DNA of 64,000 bases from Glaucostegus cemiculus (Eukaryota): NCBI GenBank assembly GCA_976551045.1, contig CDPCPM010000054.1:18290001-18354000 (forward strand), given 5' to 3'. A program made the translations under genes and the position numbers. Positions 24,261-37,189 of the stretch are shown piece after piece. The notes beneath the pieces are model-generated. The model worked only from the letters and a program-made list of their open reading frames with translations. It was not told the origin of the DNA and searched no databases. The first letter of the stretch is position 1. Each line of letters opens with the position of its first letter.

Positions 24261-25516
24261 TAATCATTATCTACTCATTGTGATACAAAATCAGTGGAAG
24301 TTCTTTTTTTCACTGAACCATAAATTCTGCTTGGATCCTCCAAAGCATGAACTTCTTTTGAAATGGGTATAAACATTTCACCAGGACTTACTTAGACTTC
24401 CTGGCATTATTAAACACATCAGAATCTGGAAATAAATAACCCTTTTGCTCCCACTTAATCTTAAGTATCATGTTTTCTACCACATGAATTCTAAATGGAT
24501 TATATCACTGAGTAGAGATTGGGAAAGAACCAGTTAATTGATGGAAATAGAGATAAAGAGCCTCTTAGGAAACTTGCCTGAATATAATTAAAATCAAAAC
24601 TCAGCTAAAATCTTGAAATTTCTATAAGAAGTCAAATATAGTTTACATGAAAGTTCAATGAGCATCATTCATTATCTGTTAATATTACACTCTTCATGAT
24701 TGATAAGTTACTTCAATAGTACCGATTAAAGTATTTAATAACTAATGCATTAAACCAGACGTAACTATGTTTTGATCCTAAAAAGTTAAAGAGAACTTTT
24801 ATGTGTATTATTTGTAATAAACTAATTTAGATGTGTGCTTTGTATGTAAGGTAAAATTTTAGATATGTAAACACAAATGTAAAAACCATATCAATTATAT
24901 TTTTCTTTTTGTTCTAAGATTATCAGTTTACATTGTGTCAGATTTTTTTCTGTGATTGTGTATTTCATTCTCAACTGTTTATCAGGGTTCTATATACAGT
25001 GTAAGGAATCAGTTTTTGGTATATGGGGCACATCTACCCTAAGATATTTCATGGAGAAGTACAGGGGTCTGTCACTAAAATTGAATCTAAATCTGGGTGT
25101 CACTATAAAGAAAAAGGCAGCCAAAGAATATTAGTGATCCCAAATATTGCTCCTGAACAAAATTTCTGGAGGGATCTGCTCAAGAGCCATCCAAGATCAG
25201 TGTAGGTTCCTATGTCAGTACTTCACAGCTCCACACAAAGGGTTTCTGGACTGGAAGAAATGAATTGCCAGTTCCAGCTACATAAATGGTTCCTTAAAGC
25301 AAACTAAGTGAACATTTTCTCTTGTTAACCTTTACTCTATCTGTCTGTCTGGAATGTTGAACCAATGTGGTTGACTTTCTAATATTTCTTGATTGAAATC
25401 TGTGTTGCATCTTAATCAGACTAATGCCTTTCTTAATGGAAGTGAATTTTTTGCATGTATTCTTGGAGTCTAGTTCTGCTCGACACCCAATCTCACTGAT
25501 AGGTTTCAATTGACAG

Positions 25517-25605
25517 CTGAGGATTTGTGACTGGACCATGAATCAAAACGGCAGGCATTTATACCCCAGTGCCAGTGACGATACATTGGGAATTGCTTGG
25601 CAAAG
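25517..25605 (+). CDS. NFIB: NFIB alternative cassette exon LRICDWTMNQNGRHLYPSASDDTLGIAWQ(S), 89 nt, shifts the reading frame of the terminal exon
   Basis: Acceptor ttgacag| and donor AAG|gtaata. Translation matches the long mammalian NFIB isoform tail 'LRICDWTMNQNGRHLYPSTSEDTLGITWQS' as recalled. Not in the ORF track. Confidence 0.93.
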
Positions 25606-28600
25606 GTAATATTTTAAATATTTCTAAAATCTACACATGCATATCAAAAATGAAGCTGCATTATCTCTTCTTGTTGTCCAGCATCAAGACTTTACTATTT
25701 GGTATAAATCAAAAGAGTCAGTTCCCACCTCAGTATTTTCTAGTACTTTGAGTACAGTGGATTTGGAAATGTTAAACTACTTGTATTTTCCCACACTGCT
25801 CGATATAAACATGGCTGCCATCCTCTTCAGAGAATTAAATGTAAAACATCTGTTCAGAGTACAGTAAGACGACTGGATTTCTGTTAAAGGAAAGTTTTCA
25901 CAGAAGAAATTTTAACCCCTTAATGTTTGGTACTCAGGATACTCTATTTCATTTACATTTATAATTTCTTTGTTATAAAAAAACAACTTTTTGTTTAATA
26001 ATTAGTTTGCTCTGCAGTGAAGTAGCACAGTACATTAGTGCACCAGTATTTGAAGCTTCATATTTGTGACTTAAAGGTTCCAGTCCCATCTGGCTGAACC
26101 TCTTATCTCAGCTGCCCTATAGCAAGGAGGGCAGCAGAAATCTGGGGTTTCCGGATAGAGAGGAAAGGCAAGTAAGGCCATGTATATCCCAGGACTTAGC
26201 CAATAGCAAAGCAGTGGTTCCTGGGGCAAACCATGCATTGACCTCAGTTAAGGCCAGTGTATGACCCAGGTGACTTAGTGAATTTTATAGAAGAGAGCAA
26301 AAGATGGGAAATTATAAATTCTCAGAATAGTGCCTGTGTGTTTGAAATAGTGAAACAAGTGGGTGTATTCTAAATGTATAGGTATTTGTAATAGAGTGTG
26401 CAAAACCAAGTACTTATTGCAACTTCAAGAAAGCAAAATTAAGCTCTTTGTAGAGCAAAGGTGACATTTAATGATGTTGAAATTGAACAGATGCAGGGCA
26501 GCAAAGAGGGATACTGCAGTCTTAAAAGGTACAATTCTGATTTTTTTTTGAAGAGAAGTTATTACTTTTTGTTAAGTGTGTGCAAAGTTAGACCCCAGCC
26601 ACTAAATTAGGGACACTTTTGAAGAAATGTTCATTGACACGACACTTTGCACCACACTGTTGGCTCTCACATTTTTCTCTTTTGTTTATTAAGAATCATG
26701 TATTTTCAAATTAAAATTTAAAGTACAGTTATAAATTCAGCATTTTGAAAATTTAGGACAGCTTTCTATTGATTGTGTATTGAGTGCATTGCTTATTATA
26801 AAATTCCTTAGACTGAATCACAGGCCAAATTATGCTTATTTTGTTTATTGAGTGTAAATGTGTGTAAAATGTTATACAATGATGGTAATGTATAGGGATT
26901 TTAAAGGCATATTCCAAGTACCTTGGTGAGGTTATTTACCACTGTGCAATAGATTTGTTTGTTTCTGTTTGCAGGTGCAATATCTTTTTTTAAGAACTGT
27001 GCATTACAGCATGGTTCAGTGACAGTCAAGCAATGGGGCAGTTTTGTTTAAAGTAAGCCAAATGTGTGAGACTTTGTTAGGAGCATTTGCGTGTTCTAGG
27101 CCAGATTTAAGTTTATTTTAAATCATGGAAAAAAAGTATGATTTGGCAACGTGCTCAGTCTGTCATTTAATTGTCTTATTGTAGGAAGTTTCATAGCCTT
27201 TCTTTCATTATTGTTAGTCTTCGGATTTCTGACTGTTCAAGCGACTGATGGCCTAATAGATATTGGTTGATGGAAGCACAGCCAAATGAAAAATGGAATG
27301 AAATTCAGTACTCAAAAGGTTAATCCTTTTGCTTGTAGCATCAATACTCTTATTTCTTTTCCTCTTCTTGGAAAAAAATAAATGTTTCTGTTTGACTATC
27401 CTGGCAAATACATGGGTCAGCACTTCCTGCCATAAGTTTATGTTACTGCAGTAACTTACATTAAGCTTACAGTGAAGCAGCTGTTTCAGTCTATACTCTG
27501 GAGGAGGATGTTTAACTCGATAATTGTATGTGAAAGACTCAAAAGATTGCTTAGTGTTCTTGAATCAAAGTCTTTGGGAAAAAAATGCAGACTAAATGAC
27601 TTATTATTTCTGCTTTTATTTTCGTCACTGCTACAATTTAGATTTGCGGAACATTTTCAGAAACTTTTCACTTGATATATAGTGCAATGAGAAAAAAATG
27701 TTAGTTCTTTGTATGAGGAAAAATAGATTGATTGTTTTAACAAAAAAATTAAATTTACAGCCAAGAAACTTCACTGTACTTAGAAAATATCCTACATGAT
27801 TAATGTAGCTGAATCCATTAAAATTTCATAGAACTAAATATAATTTTGCAGTTACTCCTCTCAGGAATTTCAATCCAAGAAACCTAGATATGCATATGAA
27901 TGCAAGTGGATTAATAATCCATTAAGAAGCCATTAGATAATCTAATTTAGACTATAATCCATAAATTGACTGCAGTGCATACTTCAGGTGTCCTTGTGGA
28001 AAAGAAGTTTATATTTGAGTAGATGAGGAGTTGATACATGAAGATGATTATTTGTTTCTCTCTAATCATGGTCACGTCGCAAGCTGTCTCGTAACCAAGG
28101 GAAACCAGACATGATGTAATTCCAGATTGAACTTGAACTACAGGGACTTAAAAAAGGGGAACAATAGACCATAGCAATCAATAAAGTCTATTTTCCACAT
28201 GATTATGTTTGGTGCTTCAAGTTAACCCTTATGGAAATGGTGGGTGTAAATGCTAAAGTGTCGAAAGATGATCCACAGACAAAATACTAAAGCATTGAAA
28301 CAACTTTGCATTAACACTTTCCAGAAAATCCTAAGATTTGGGGTGGATTAGAAAGTTTGCACTCTGCAGTAAACTGGTTCACTGCTCTGTGGGCTCTTTG
28401 TTCTCTTTGGTAGGACAAACTTAATCTTTAGTTTCCTGTCAGATGACTTTGGCAGAGGCTGTGTGGGGGAGAGGATAGGAGGAGCATGTAACATAATTCA
28501 AAATACAACACCAGCGTTGCCTGACACAGTGTGAAGACTGTTCTGAAGGTAGAATCTCTTCGATACTAACTTTGCTTGGGAAATGGATTACAGAGGAAAA

Positions 28601-30199
28601 TAGTGGTGGCAAAATCTAGCAATCCTGCAATTTGGATGCAGATTTCCTCCATGCTAATGAGAGATTCCAGTCACAGAAGCAGCCACCTTGAAAATCCAAT
28701 GAATTTAGTCTTTAAGCAAATTAAATTAAAGCTGTCCCATCTGGAAACAAATGGGAATTTGCACGTGGCCCACACCACACAACACTGTTTTCTAAAACAA
28801 TTTGCTGAGAAGTCAGCAAAGAATATAACAAGGAAAATGAGTAACACAAAATATCACAAAAGCTTATTATTGTAATCTTCACTTTTCCTTTGTAAACCTA
28901 ATACAGTAGTGAGAGTGGAACAAAATAAACACTTAAGAAAACACTGCGTGCATAACTAATTATCTTAAATTTGAGAATGAGTAAAAAGGAAATGTTCATT
29001 TACAACAGAAACTTTAGCTGATGTCAAGATTGCGAAAACACTGAACAGTGAACATATTTTTTCAGTTCTACATCTTGAGTATTCAATATCAGAAAAGAGT
29101 GCTTTTATGTTCTGTGAACAACACCTTTGAATTATAAACAAAGGAGGCTTTACAGTGGATTATACAGTTTTGTTCTGACATCTTTGATAAACTGGTTTAT
29201 TTTGGTCTTTGGTCCCACTTTCATCAGGATATTTTTCTATTTGACTTTGATCAATCTCATGATTGATTTTAATGTTGAGGACCTGAAGCTCTGTCTTTAA
29301 AATTAACAATGTGGTTAAGTTCCTGGCTGTCCCATATATGACATTTTACACTTTTTATAAAAGAAAAACGACGTGTTTTGTTTTCCTCTTTGCTGGGGGA
29401 TAAAGGATGTCAGGTTTCTCATGAAATACTGCAGGCCTTTCAGCCTTTTTTCTTATGTGACATGAAATTCCAAAGTAGTGTTTTTCCCCTCCTCCCAAAT
29501 TCATTCCTGAGTAAATAAGATACTTTAAAGTTTTATATTGCTGCTTGTATAAAGTAATTGAACTTCCATTGAATGTTGCTGACTAATATTTCCAGGTAAA
29601 GACATTTTTTCTTCCTTCAGACTACACCCCAGTGATTACAGTGCTTCATCATAAAGTTTCAACAGTACTTAAAAGGCAATATTTTGTCAAGCAAACTGTT
29701 GTTGTCTGGACTTTCTGATAAGTTGCTATCAGCCACATAAAAAGTACCTATAACTAAACAGTTGTAATGGTCATGTGAAATTGGTGGGGTCAGCATTAGT
29801 ACAGGAACCGTACCACAGGTGGGAATTGCCACTTCTGCCTTTTGTAGTCAACTTCATTTCTGAAGGTTTTAGGATGTGATGATTGAAAGGCCTGTTGAAA
29901 AGTATCTGAAGGAATGTTGCTAAACTAGCAGAGCAACCAGTTACACTATGTAAAATAACAGTCATGGCTGTCAACATTGCGAGGTGTACAATTGCCCTCA
30001 GAAGTGGAGAAAGGAGATGTAGTTATGCAATTATTAGATGACATAAGAGAGTAAAGAGTTTCCTGTGAAGGTATTTACAAGTTAACAATGTTCATAATTG
30101 AAACCAATATAGGAACTAACATGTGGGAGGTTAATATAGGGTCCCACACAAAGTATGGATCGGAAATTTGGACCAGATGAAGATTTTAGGTGCAATGAA

Positions 30200-30430
30200 A
30201 AACAAGGACATAAAGGACACCTGCACCTGCACATTCCCCTCCAGTCACATGCCATTATGACTTGGAAAAGCAGCATTGTTCCTTCATCATTCCTGGAACT
30301 CCCTGCTTATCAGTGCTGTGGGAGTACTTTCACCACTACTGTGGTGAAAATGCTAGTTCACCACTCTTGGCATATGCATTGGGGATGAGCAGTAAACTTT
30401 AGCCTTCACAACTTTGCCACATCCCAAAAT
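30200..30430 (+). mobile_element. Decayed LINE 3' end, same family as 41440-41952
   Basis: Shares 'ttcccctccagtcac..catt.tgacttggaa...ccttcatc...cctggaactcc' with 41735-41820. Confidence 0.6.
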
Positions 30431-31324
30431 ACAGACACATAAAGTCAAGAGCAGAAAATGTACCAAATCATACCATTTCCGGACACAATCACAATATCTT
30501 CATTAAATTTGTGTGAATCAATTCAACAAGCTGCTGTAAATTTGTTTCGATAAACTTTAACAAGTTGGTGCTTTGGACACAGCCTCTTTTGAGGATGTGA
30601 GGTGTGTCAGGGTGCTGGCTGAAGCCACTTCTCAGAGCTGCTGATTTCTGGTTACTGCCTTTATAGTTACTGACTGGGTGATTGGGTGAACAAGATTGGG
30701 GTGAACTGACTTCTTGTCAGCTGTCCCATCAGGCAAGTAATACTGCCTTATGTAATTTACCTTGTAGTTTGTTGTTAGCATAGCAGGATTTAGAACGGGA
30801 GAATTTGGATCACTGTAAATGAGGAAGATGTAAGACTAGATATATTGAAATATAAAACTGAACCCAAGGAGGTTGTAAATCAGTTTTAAAATATTCCTCA
30901 AACTTCTTATGAAAAGCATAGTTTACAGTATGTATTAAGATAATATGTACCTAATGCCCTAGCGCTATGCATCTGCATAAATTCATGATAAGCAGTGACT
31001 ATGATGGGCCACATCATCAAACCTCTTTCCTCATGAACAACTTATCCCCCAATGTGCACATTGACTTGTGTACCACTGTCTTGCACACCTGTAACGTAAT
31101 CTCAACATTCAAAAGCTGGATCTTTTCCACAGAAAATCTTCCCTTAGCAGCAGTAACAGCAGCATAACCAGCACTTGATGTGAGCATGAGCCCAGACACA
31201 AACACCTCAGGGGGTATTTTGATTTAGAAGAGGAAGCATAGGATGAGTCATTGGTGCTCGTAAGTGAATGCAACAGAGCATCAAAGATCACCCCTGCCCA
31301 CTCTCTTATTTCGCTGAAGGCATT

Positions 31325-31432
31325 GAAGAGTATGGTCTTAATGTGGGCAAATGGGATTAGTGTAGATGGGTAAAAGGTTGGCATGGACGTGGTGGGCCGA
31401 AGGCCTGTTTCTATGCTGTATGACTCTATGAC
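31325..31432 (+). mobile_element. LINE/SINE 3' tail fragment
   Basis: gggcaaatgggattagtgtagatggg...ggcatggacgtggtgggccgaaggcctgtttctatgctgtatgactctatgac. Confidence 0.65.
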
Positions 31433-31984
31433 AAGCCACGTCTAATCTCACAGAGTTAGCTCTGAAGCGAATACCTCTGGAGGACATTTACTTTCTTGCA
31501 GAACCTGATACATGGCTGTGCAATATTGCACTGAGTTCCCTGTTCTGCAGATAGCCATTGTATTATGCATGGCATTGTCATCCCTGGGTGGGGTAAACTT
31601 GAGGTGTTAAGCATAATTGTAGCATATTTAGAAAATAGCTTAATGCTGCATTAGTAAATGGCATCATTGATGTCTTGTAGACTGGGGAAAAAACAGGAAT
31701 AAATGGTTATGTTATACAACCCAGGCAAACTAAAAATAGATCAATATGACTAAATGCTGGAAACACTTAGCAGCTCAGGTGGTTTTAAGCTGCAGAAATG
31801 GTGATAGAAGAAATGGATAGGATAAAGGAAATACCTGTAATTGGGTGAAACCTGAGGAATTGGAGGTAGTTAAAGGGTGATTATGCTTCTTTTTAGTTAT
31901 AATTTGTTGCTAATAGCAGGGCTGTGGGACCTAAACAAAGGTTAATGTTGGGTACACATAGAAAAGGCAATATGGTGGTTATTT

Positions 31985-32150
31985 TTAATCCAGAGACAAG
32001 ACTCATCATCCAATTCCAATTTTACTGAGGACCTGGGGAATTTAAATTTAATTAAATAATCTGGAATAAAAATCTAGTAAAATCTAGGTGACTGTGAAAC
32101 CACTGGATTGTTGTGAAAACCACCTAGTTCACTGATGTGGAAATCTCTTA
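31985..32150 (+). mobile_element. SINE fragment, same family as 55330-55706
   Basis: aatccagagac...gaatttaaatt...aataatctggaataaaa...gtgactgtgaaaccactggattgttgtgaaaaccacctagttcactgatgt. Confidence 0.55.
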
Positions 32151-32169
32151 CCCTTTTTCAAGAAAACAT

Positions 32170-33650
32170 GTAAAAAAATGAAATGCATCAATGTGCCTGA
32201 ATCAGAATAGTACTCAACAAATAAAGGGGGCTTGTAACAAAAGTGATGTAATAGTCATGGGTGATGTAACTTTTCACATGGTTTAAGCAAATCAAATTGT
32301 TAAAAGTACCCTTGAGGATGAGTGCATAAATTTGAGACAGTTTCTTAGAACAATACAATGTGGAATCAATCAGGGAATGGGCAGTTTTAGATCTGGTCAT
32401 ATGTAATGGGGCAGAAGTAACTAATGGTCTCAGGGGAAATGATCCTTTGGGAAAACAGCAGTAAGAACATGATAGAATTTTGCATTCATTTGATGGTTGC
32501 AAACTCCTTTGAAATTAGGAAGGACGGGAGAGTTGGCTTCTGTGGATTAGGAATCAGATTAATAGGCAGTGGCACATATTTAAAGTGATCTCAACAAAAA
32601 TATGTACCATTGAGGAATAAAATCTGTACAGAAAAGGTATCCATCTATGACTAACTAAAGAGGTTAAGGAAGTTGTTTAAGTCAAAGGAAAGGCTTATAA
32701 TTTGGCAAGAGAATTGTGGTGGGCCTGAAGATTGGGAGAATTTTAGAAAGGTTGAAAACAGAATACACAAGTAAATTGGCAAGAAATATTAAAAAAAAAT
32801 TTAAGATCTTTTACAAGTAAGTAAAAGGGAGAAGAGTAGCACAATTAACTATTTGTTCTTTTGGAGCTGATGCAGATGAATTGATAGAGGCAATTAAGGA
32901 AAAAATTGAAGCATTAAGCAAATATTTTTCATCTGGCTTCAAAATGGAAGACACCAAAAGCACACCAGAATTAGTAAGAAAGTGGCAAACAAATAGAGGA
33001 ACCTAAGACAATCTTTATCTTCAGAGGAGAAAGTGCAATGGAAACCATTGGACCCAAAAAACTGAAAGATCCACAGGAGCTGATGGCTGACATACTAAGG
33101 TTCTAAGTTAAATAACTGCAGAGAGAATGGATGCATAAATTACATCTTTTTTTAATTTTGAAGACTCTGGAAAGGTCACAGCAGGTTGGAAACCTGCAAA
33201 TGCAGTGGCCCTATACAAGAAAGAAGGAAGAGAAAGCAGAGAATTGATTGCCTTACATCTGCCATTGGAAAGTGCTGGAGTTCATTATTAAGGAAGTAGT
33301 GAGCACTTAAAAAATTATAATGCAATTAAGCTGACTCAGCTCGGCTTTATGAAAGGGAATTTATATTTGACAAGTCTATTAGAGTTCTTTGAGGATGCAA
33401 CTTGCAAGGTGAATAAAGGCAAAGCAGTGGATGTAGTGAAGCAGTATTCATTAAAGTGCCACATAAGATAAAGTTCAGTAACCAACAGCTCATCAAATAA
33501 CAGAAAACAATGAGCAGGGATACATGGGTCATTCCAGATTATCAACCTGTAACTACTGGGGCCATAAGGACCAGTGTTGGGATCTCAGCTATTTGCAATT
33601 TGTATTACTGACTTCAGTAAAGGGTACTGTTTCTAAGTTTGCAAAAATAG
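32170..33650 (+). mobile_element. Heavily decayed CR1-type LINE ORF2 (endonuclease to RT)
   Basis: Remnants of VIVMGD (gtaatagtcatgggtgat), LDLVICN, 'WKPANAVALYKK', 'ggctttatgaaaggga' and 'cagtgttgggatctcagctattt' (SVLGPQLF). Many stops and frameshifts. Confidence 0.75.
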
Positions 33651-33779
33651 ATTTGAAAGGTTCAGATTTTAAAGCTATTCAGGTTTTATTCCCTCTACAT
33701 AACTGAAAAGCATTTAGAACTTATGTCTATCTTTCCTCAGTACCACACTGAAAACATACATTTAAAGTGGCCTTAGTAA

Positions 33780-34470
33780 ATGCCATGGCATATCCCGCCA
33801 GGGTCCTTCACTTCTGCCTTAATCAGCCCCCTTCACCACCACCCTTTTCTGCCTCATATTGAACGAATTTCCTTTGACTTTGCTCATGTCCTCCATATAA
33901 AAGATGCAATGATGGGAGCCTTTATACATCCCAGTTGTGGTCATCTTTACATGGGATACGTGGAGCAGTCATTGTTCCAGTTCTATCTAGATGCCCTCCC
34001 TGTTATCTCTCGTACAGTCACATTGATGACTGTTCAGGTCAGATTTCTTATTCTCACACCTTGGAACACTTCTGTACCTTTTATTGCACTTTTCACCCCA
34101 ACTCCACCTTCCCACAGTGCACCTCTGGCTTCTCTCTTCCATTTTGGAAATTTGTTGGTAGCCGTCATCCACCTCAACCCTATAAACTCCCATAGCTACC
34201 TCAACTACATTTAATTCCACCCACTTTCTCCACAGACTCACTGCAACTTTCTCTGTATCCATCACACCTGATCTGCAGATGCCACTTTCCACACCTTTTT
34301 GCTCAACTGAGAACTCCTTCCTCTCTGATTAATTGTGGTTCCCTTGAATGAGCCTGTTGTATTTCCCTCAGTTCTACCGTTATTCCTTCCAAAAACCATG
34401 ATGACGTTCACCTTGTTCTCACCTACCACCCACCAGTGAACCATCCCACACTACTGCCAACTCCAGCATA
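33780..34470 (+). mobile_element. Decayed Penelope-like element reverse transcriptase fragment
   Basis: ORF 33780-34214 contains 'AMMG...PSCGHLYMGYVEQSLF' (PLE motif GxAMGxxxxPxxAxLFMxxxE) and 'PINSHSYLNY' (PLE 'YxKPTxxxxYL' region). Confidence 0.72.
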
Positions 34471-35149
34471 TTGCCACCACAAACATTTCTGTAGTGTGTA
34501 TAGATATCTTAAGAACAAGCATGCCATATGGCATGACTTTGATGTCTAGTTGAAGGTTACTTCTTTTAATAAAGGTTGTTTTGTTTCTAACTTCTGTGTT
34601 GTTCTTTGCTTCTGTTTTTACATATGTAAGCGGCAACACAAAGGAATCTGCAGGCACTATATTCATATTGAGTTTGGGATGCTTCTTCTTGGGGGAATAG
34701 CAGCAGAGTGATCTAACATGAGGGGAATAGAGACCAGGATTCTCTAAGTAGATCAGTGAAGGTGACAGGCAGTGGATGCGTTGGATATGTCAGAGAGCTC
34801 AAGAGGTTTGAGCAAGTATGATCATCCACAGTGTGAGTGGAAATTTTCCTGAAAGCACGCAATATTGTTGTGGTCATGAGGGAGGACACAGACCAGAGAA
34901 ACACAGGCAAGAAGAGGAAGGTGATATTGTTGTGGGTAGGAGAAGCAGAGACAGGTGAGCTGTTTCTGAGACAAGTAGTTCCACAACTACAGGTGAGGAA
35001 CAGTTGGCTAAGGAGTAGCAAAATGGTAACATTTCCCAGATCTTTTCAAACTCACTTATAGTTTGTGTACTGTGTGAGATTTGACCAAGTTTGGCCATCA
35101 CCTTGTATACTTCCTTTAATTTTGCGCAAATTGGACCCCTGGCTCTGAA

Positions 35150-36500
35150 CTGAAGAGCAGTTGACTTATACATTCCATAAAGCAGAAATTGGCAGTGTGT
35201 CCTTCCTTGTCCAATGTGACTTGCAGAAGACATTATAACTGTAGTGTATTGCCTCCAGTTTATGGGGGCGGGTGTTGTTATTACTCATGGAATGGAATCA
35301 GGCCATGAGCTATTGATTGCAAATGTTTCTCACATCCTTCCCATCAAAGAGGGTAAGAATGCAAGAAGCATTTGCAATTGATAGAATGTGCTGCTTGAGA
35401 GAAAGGCTCTGCCATCATTTTGGGGGTTGCTCCATATTAGAAGCTTCTGATTGGAAAGCAATTCGCTCTGTAAACTGTAAACCATTGCTGTCAATTGCTG
35501 GACCAAAGTTGATCATTCCAGCAGTGGTGACTACATGATTGTGACACTGCGGCATCACATTGAGCTTTGCACATTAAATGCAATAGTGGATACATTGTTA
35601 TGTCTGCCTTATGAGGAGGCAGAGATTAATGGAACTGGGTATTTTTCAATTGCAATTTGTTGACGATTTTTTTTGGTGACTGCTGTAGAGCTTACCAGGA
35701 TCATCTCTAAAGAGGTTTCCTTGAGACAGATATATGAATATAGTTTGCAACAGTCAATCTGCTGGAGGAACTCAGTGGGTCGAGCAGCATCTGTAGGAAG
35801 GAAGGAATTGGCTATATTTCAGATCGAAATGCTGCATCAGGACTTAGAGTGGAGTGGCGAGCTGACCAATAAGAAGAGGAGAAGGGGGAAAGAGGAGAAG
35901 GAGAGTGATGAATTAGGAGTCCAAGGAGATGGGTGGACTGAGGAAGGGTGAAAGATGATGGGCAGGTTGCACCAGGTAGGGGAAGGAAGGGGGGTGGAGT
36001 TGGGAGACAGTGGCAGGTGAACGATAGACGAAGGCAGTCAAAGAGAGAGAGAAAAATAATGAGAGGCAGGTGGAACAAAGTGGGGGAAGGGGAGTGTGAA
36101 TGTTGGAGGCAGCCAGATTTCGCACAAAATATAGTTTCTCAGGTTGGAGTGAATCAGTGGTGGGAGTGAGTGAGAACATCAGAGCTTTGTAGAGAAGGTG
36201 GCATGAATTATGGGAAAGTCAAGGTTGCCTGAAGTGAGGCCACAGAATGCTGATTCGAAAGGTTCTACAGCAAAACATACTGAATGATATCCATGGGAAT
36301 AGCCCCCAAGAAGGTGGTAACTAGACTTTATGTACTGGTCTGGGATTCATCAGGACATCGACAATCTGAAGTAGTGCTAGTCAGTGTGTCAGGACTACAG
36401 TCTCCAGTTGCCCACAGCTGCAGTGCAAACATGGAGGTCTCAGCTCAATACTTCTTGAGGTTGCACGTTGATTTTTTTTTTTCTATTGGGACTAAAGCCT
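35150..36500 (-). mobile_element. Possible second decayed Harbinger-like transposase, interrupted at ~35748-36130
   Basis: Minus-strand remnants in the expected order, needing frameshifts: 'VTTFL..YSHG.SFQ' (~36290-36325), 'AI...THVP' (~35620-35660), 'NVQ...CD' (~35550-35580), 'GGNTLQ' (~35235-35260). Confidence 0.35.
35748..36130 (-). mobile_element. Penelope-like terminal fragment
   Basis: caacagtcaatctgctggaggaactcagtgggtcgagcagcatctg is the reverse complement of the 15867-15967 element. It is followed by a purine-rich tract. Confidence 0.6.
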
Positions 36501-37189
36501 TTCCTCCTGCAAGTTAATAGTCACAGTTGGAAGTGTTTCTGGTCTTGGCTGTACATCTCTACAGAGTGGATAGTAGAGTTTCTGAGGTCAGTTTTTTTTT
36601 CATTCCTGAGGAGCTGGTTTCAACCCATAGTATACAGTTCATGTCGGCACAGTTTGTCATCTTCCAGTGGGATCTGTCATGGTTTCACATTCCTGCATCA
36701 ATCAGCGTCTAATGGAGAGGATGATCAGTTGGATTGCATTGTAGGGAAAACAACAGGTGCAGAACAGTAGGTATATGAGGCATTGGATGACATTGTTTCT
36801 TCTACAGGATGATCCTTCCACTCCTCCATGGAGAGATACTGATGGGTCAATGTTTGCAGACAATGCTGAACTAGGTGCAGTTAACTTGAATGTTCAGGTG
36901 GAGGAGGAAGGAGGAGGTAGAATGGTTAGAAGAAGTCACAAGGTCCGGAGAGAACACTTCAGGCACTGTAAGAGTGCCGCAATCACCTAGCCATGGAGGA
37001 TTATCAGGATGGAGCCATGGGGAGTAATGGTTAGGAGGACTAAAAGGTTGATTGAATTTATTTACTTATGCAAACAGAAATGCAAAGGAACCTACAGACT
37101 ATCCCTCTTCAGTATTCCAAAAGTTCATTCCCTCAGCAACACCCTGCTTCATCTTTAGTCACTCCCAACATTTCATCCAAAAAAGAAAG

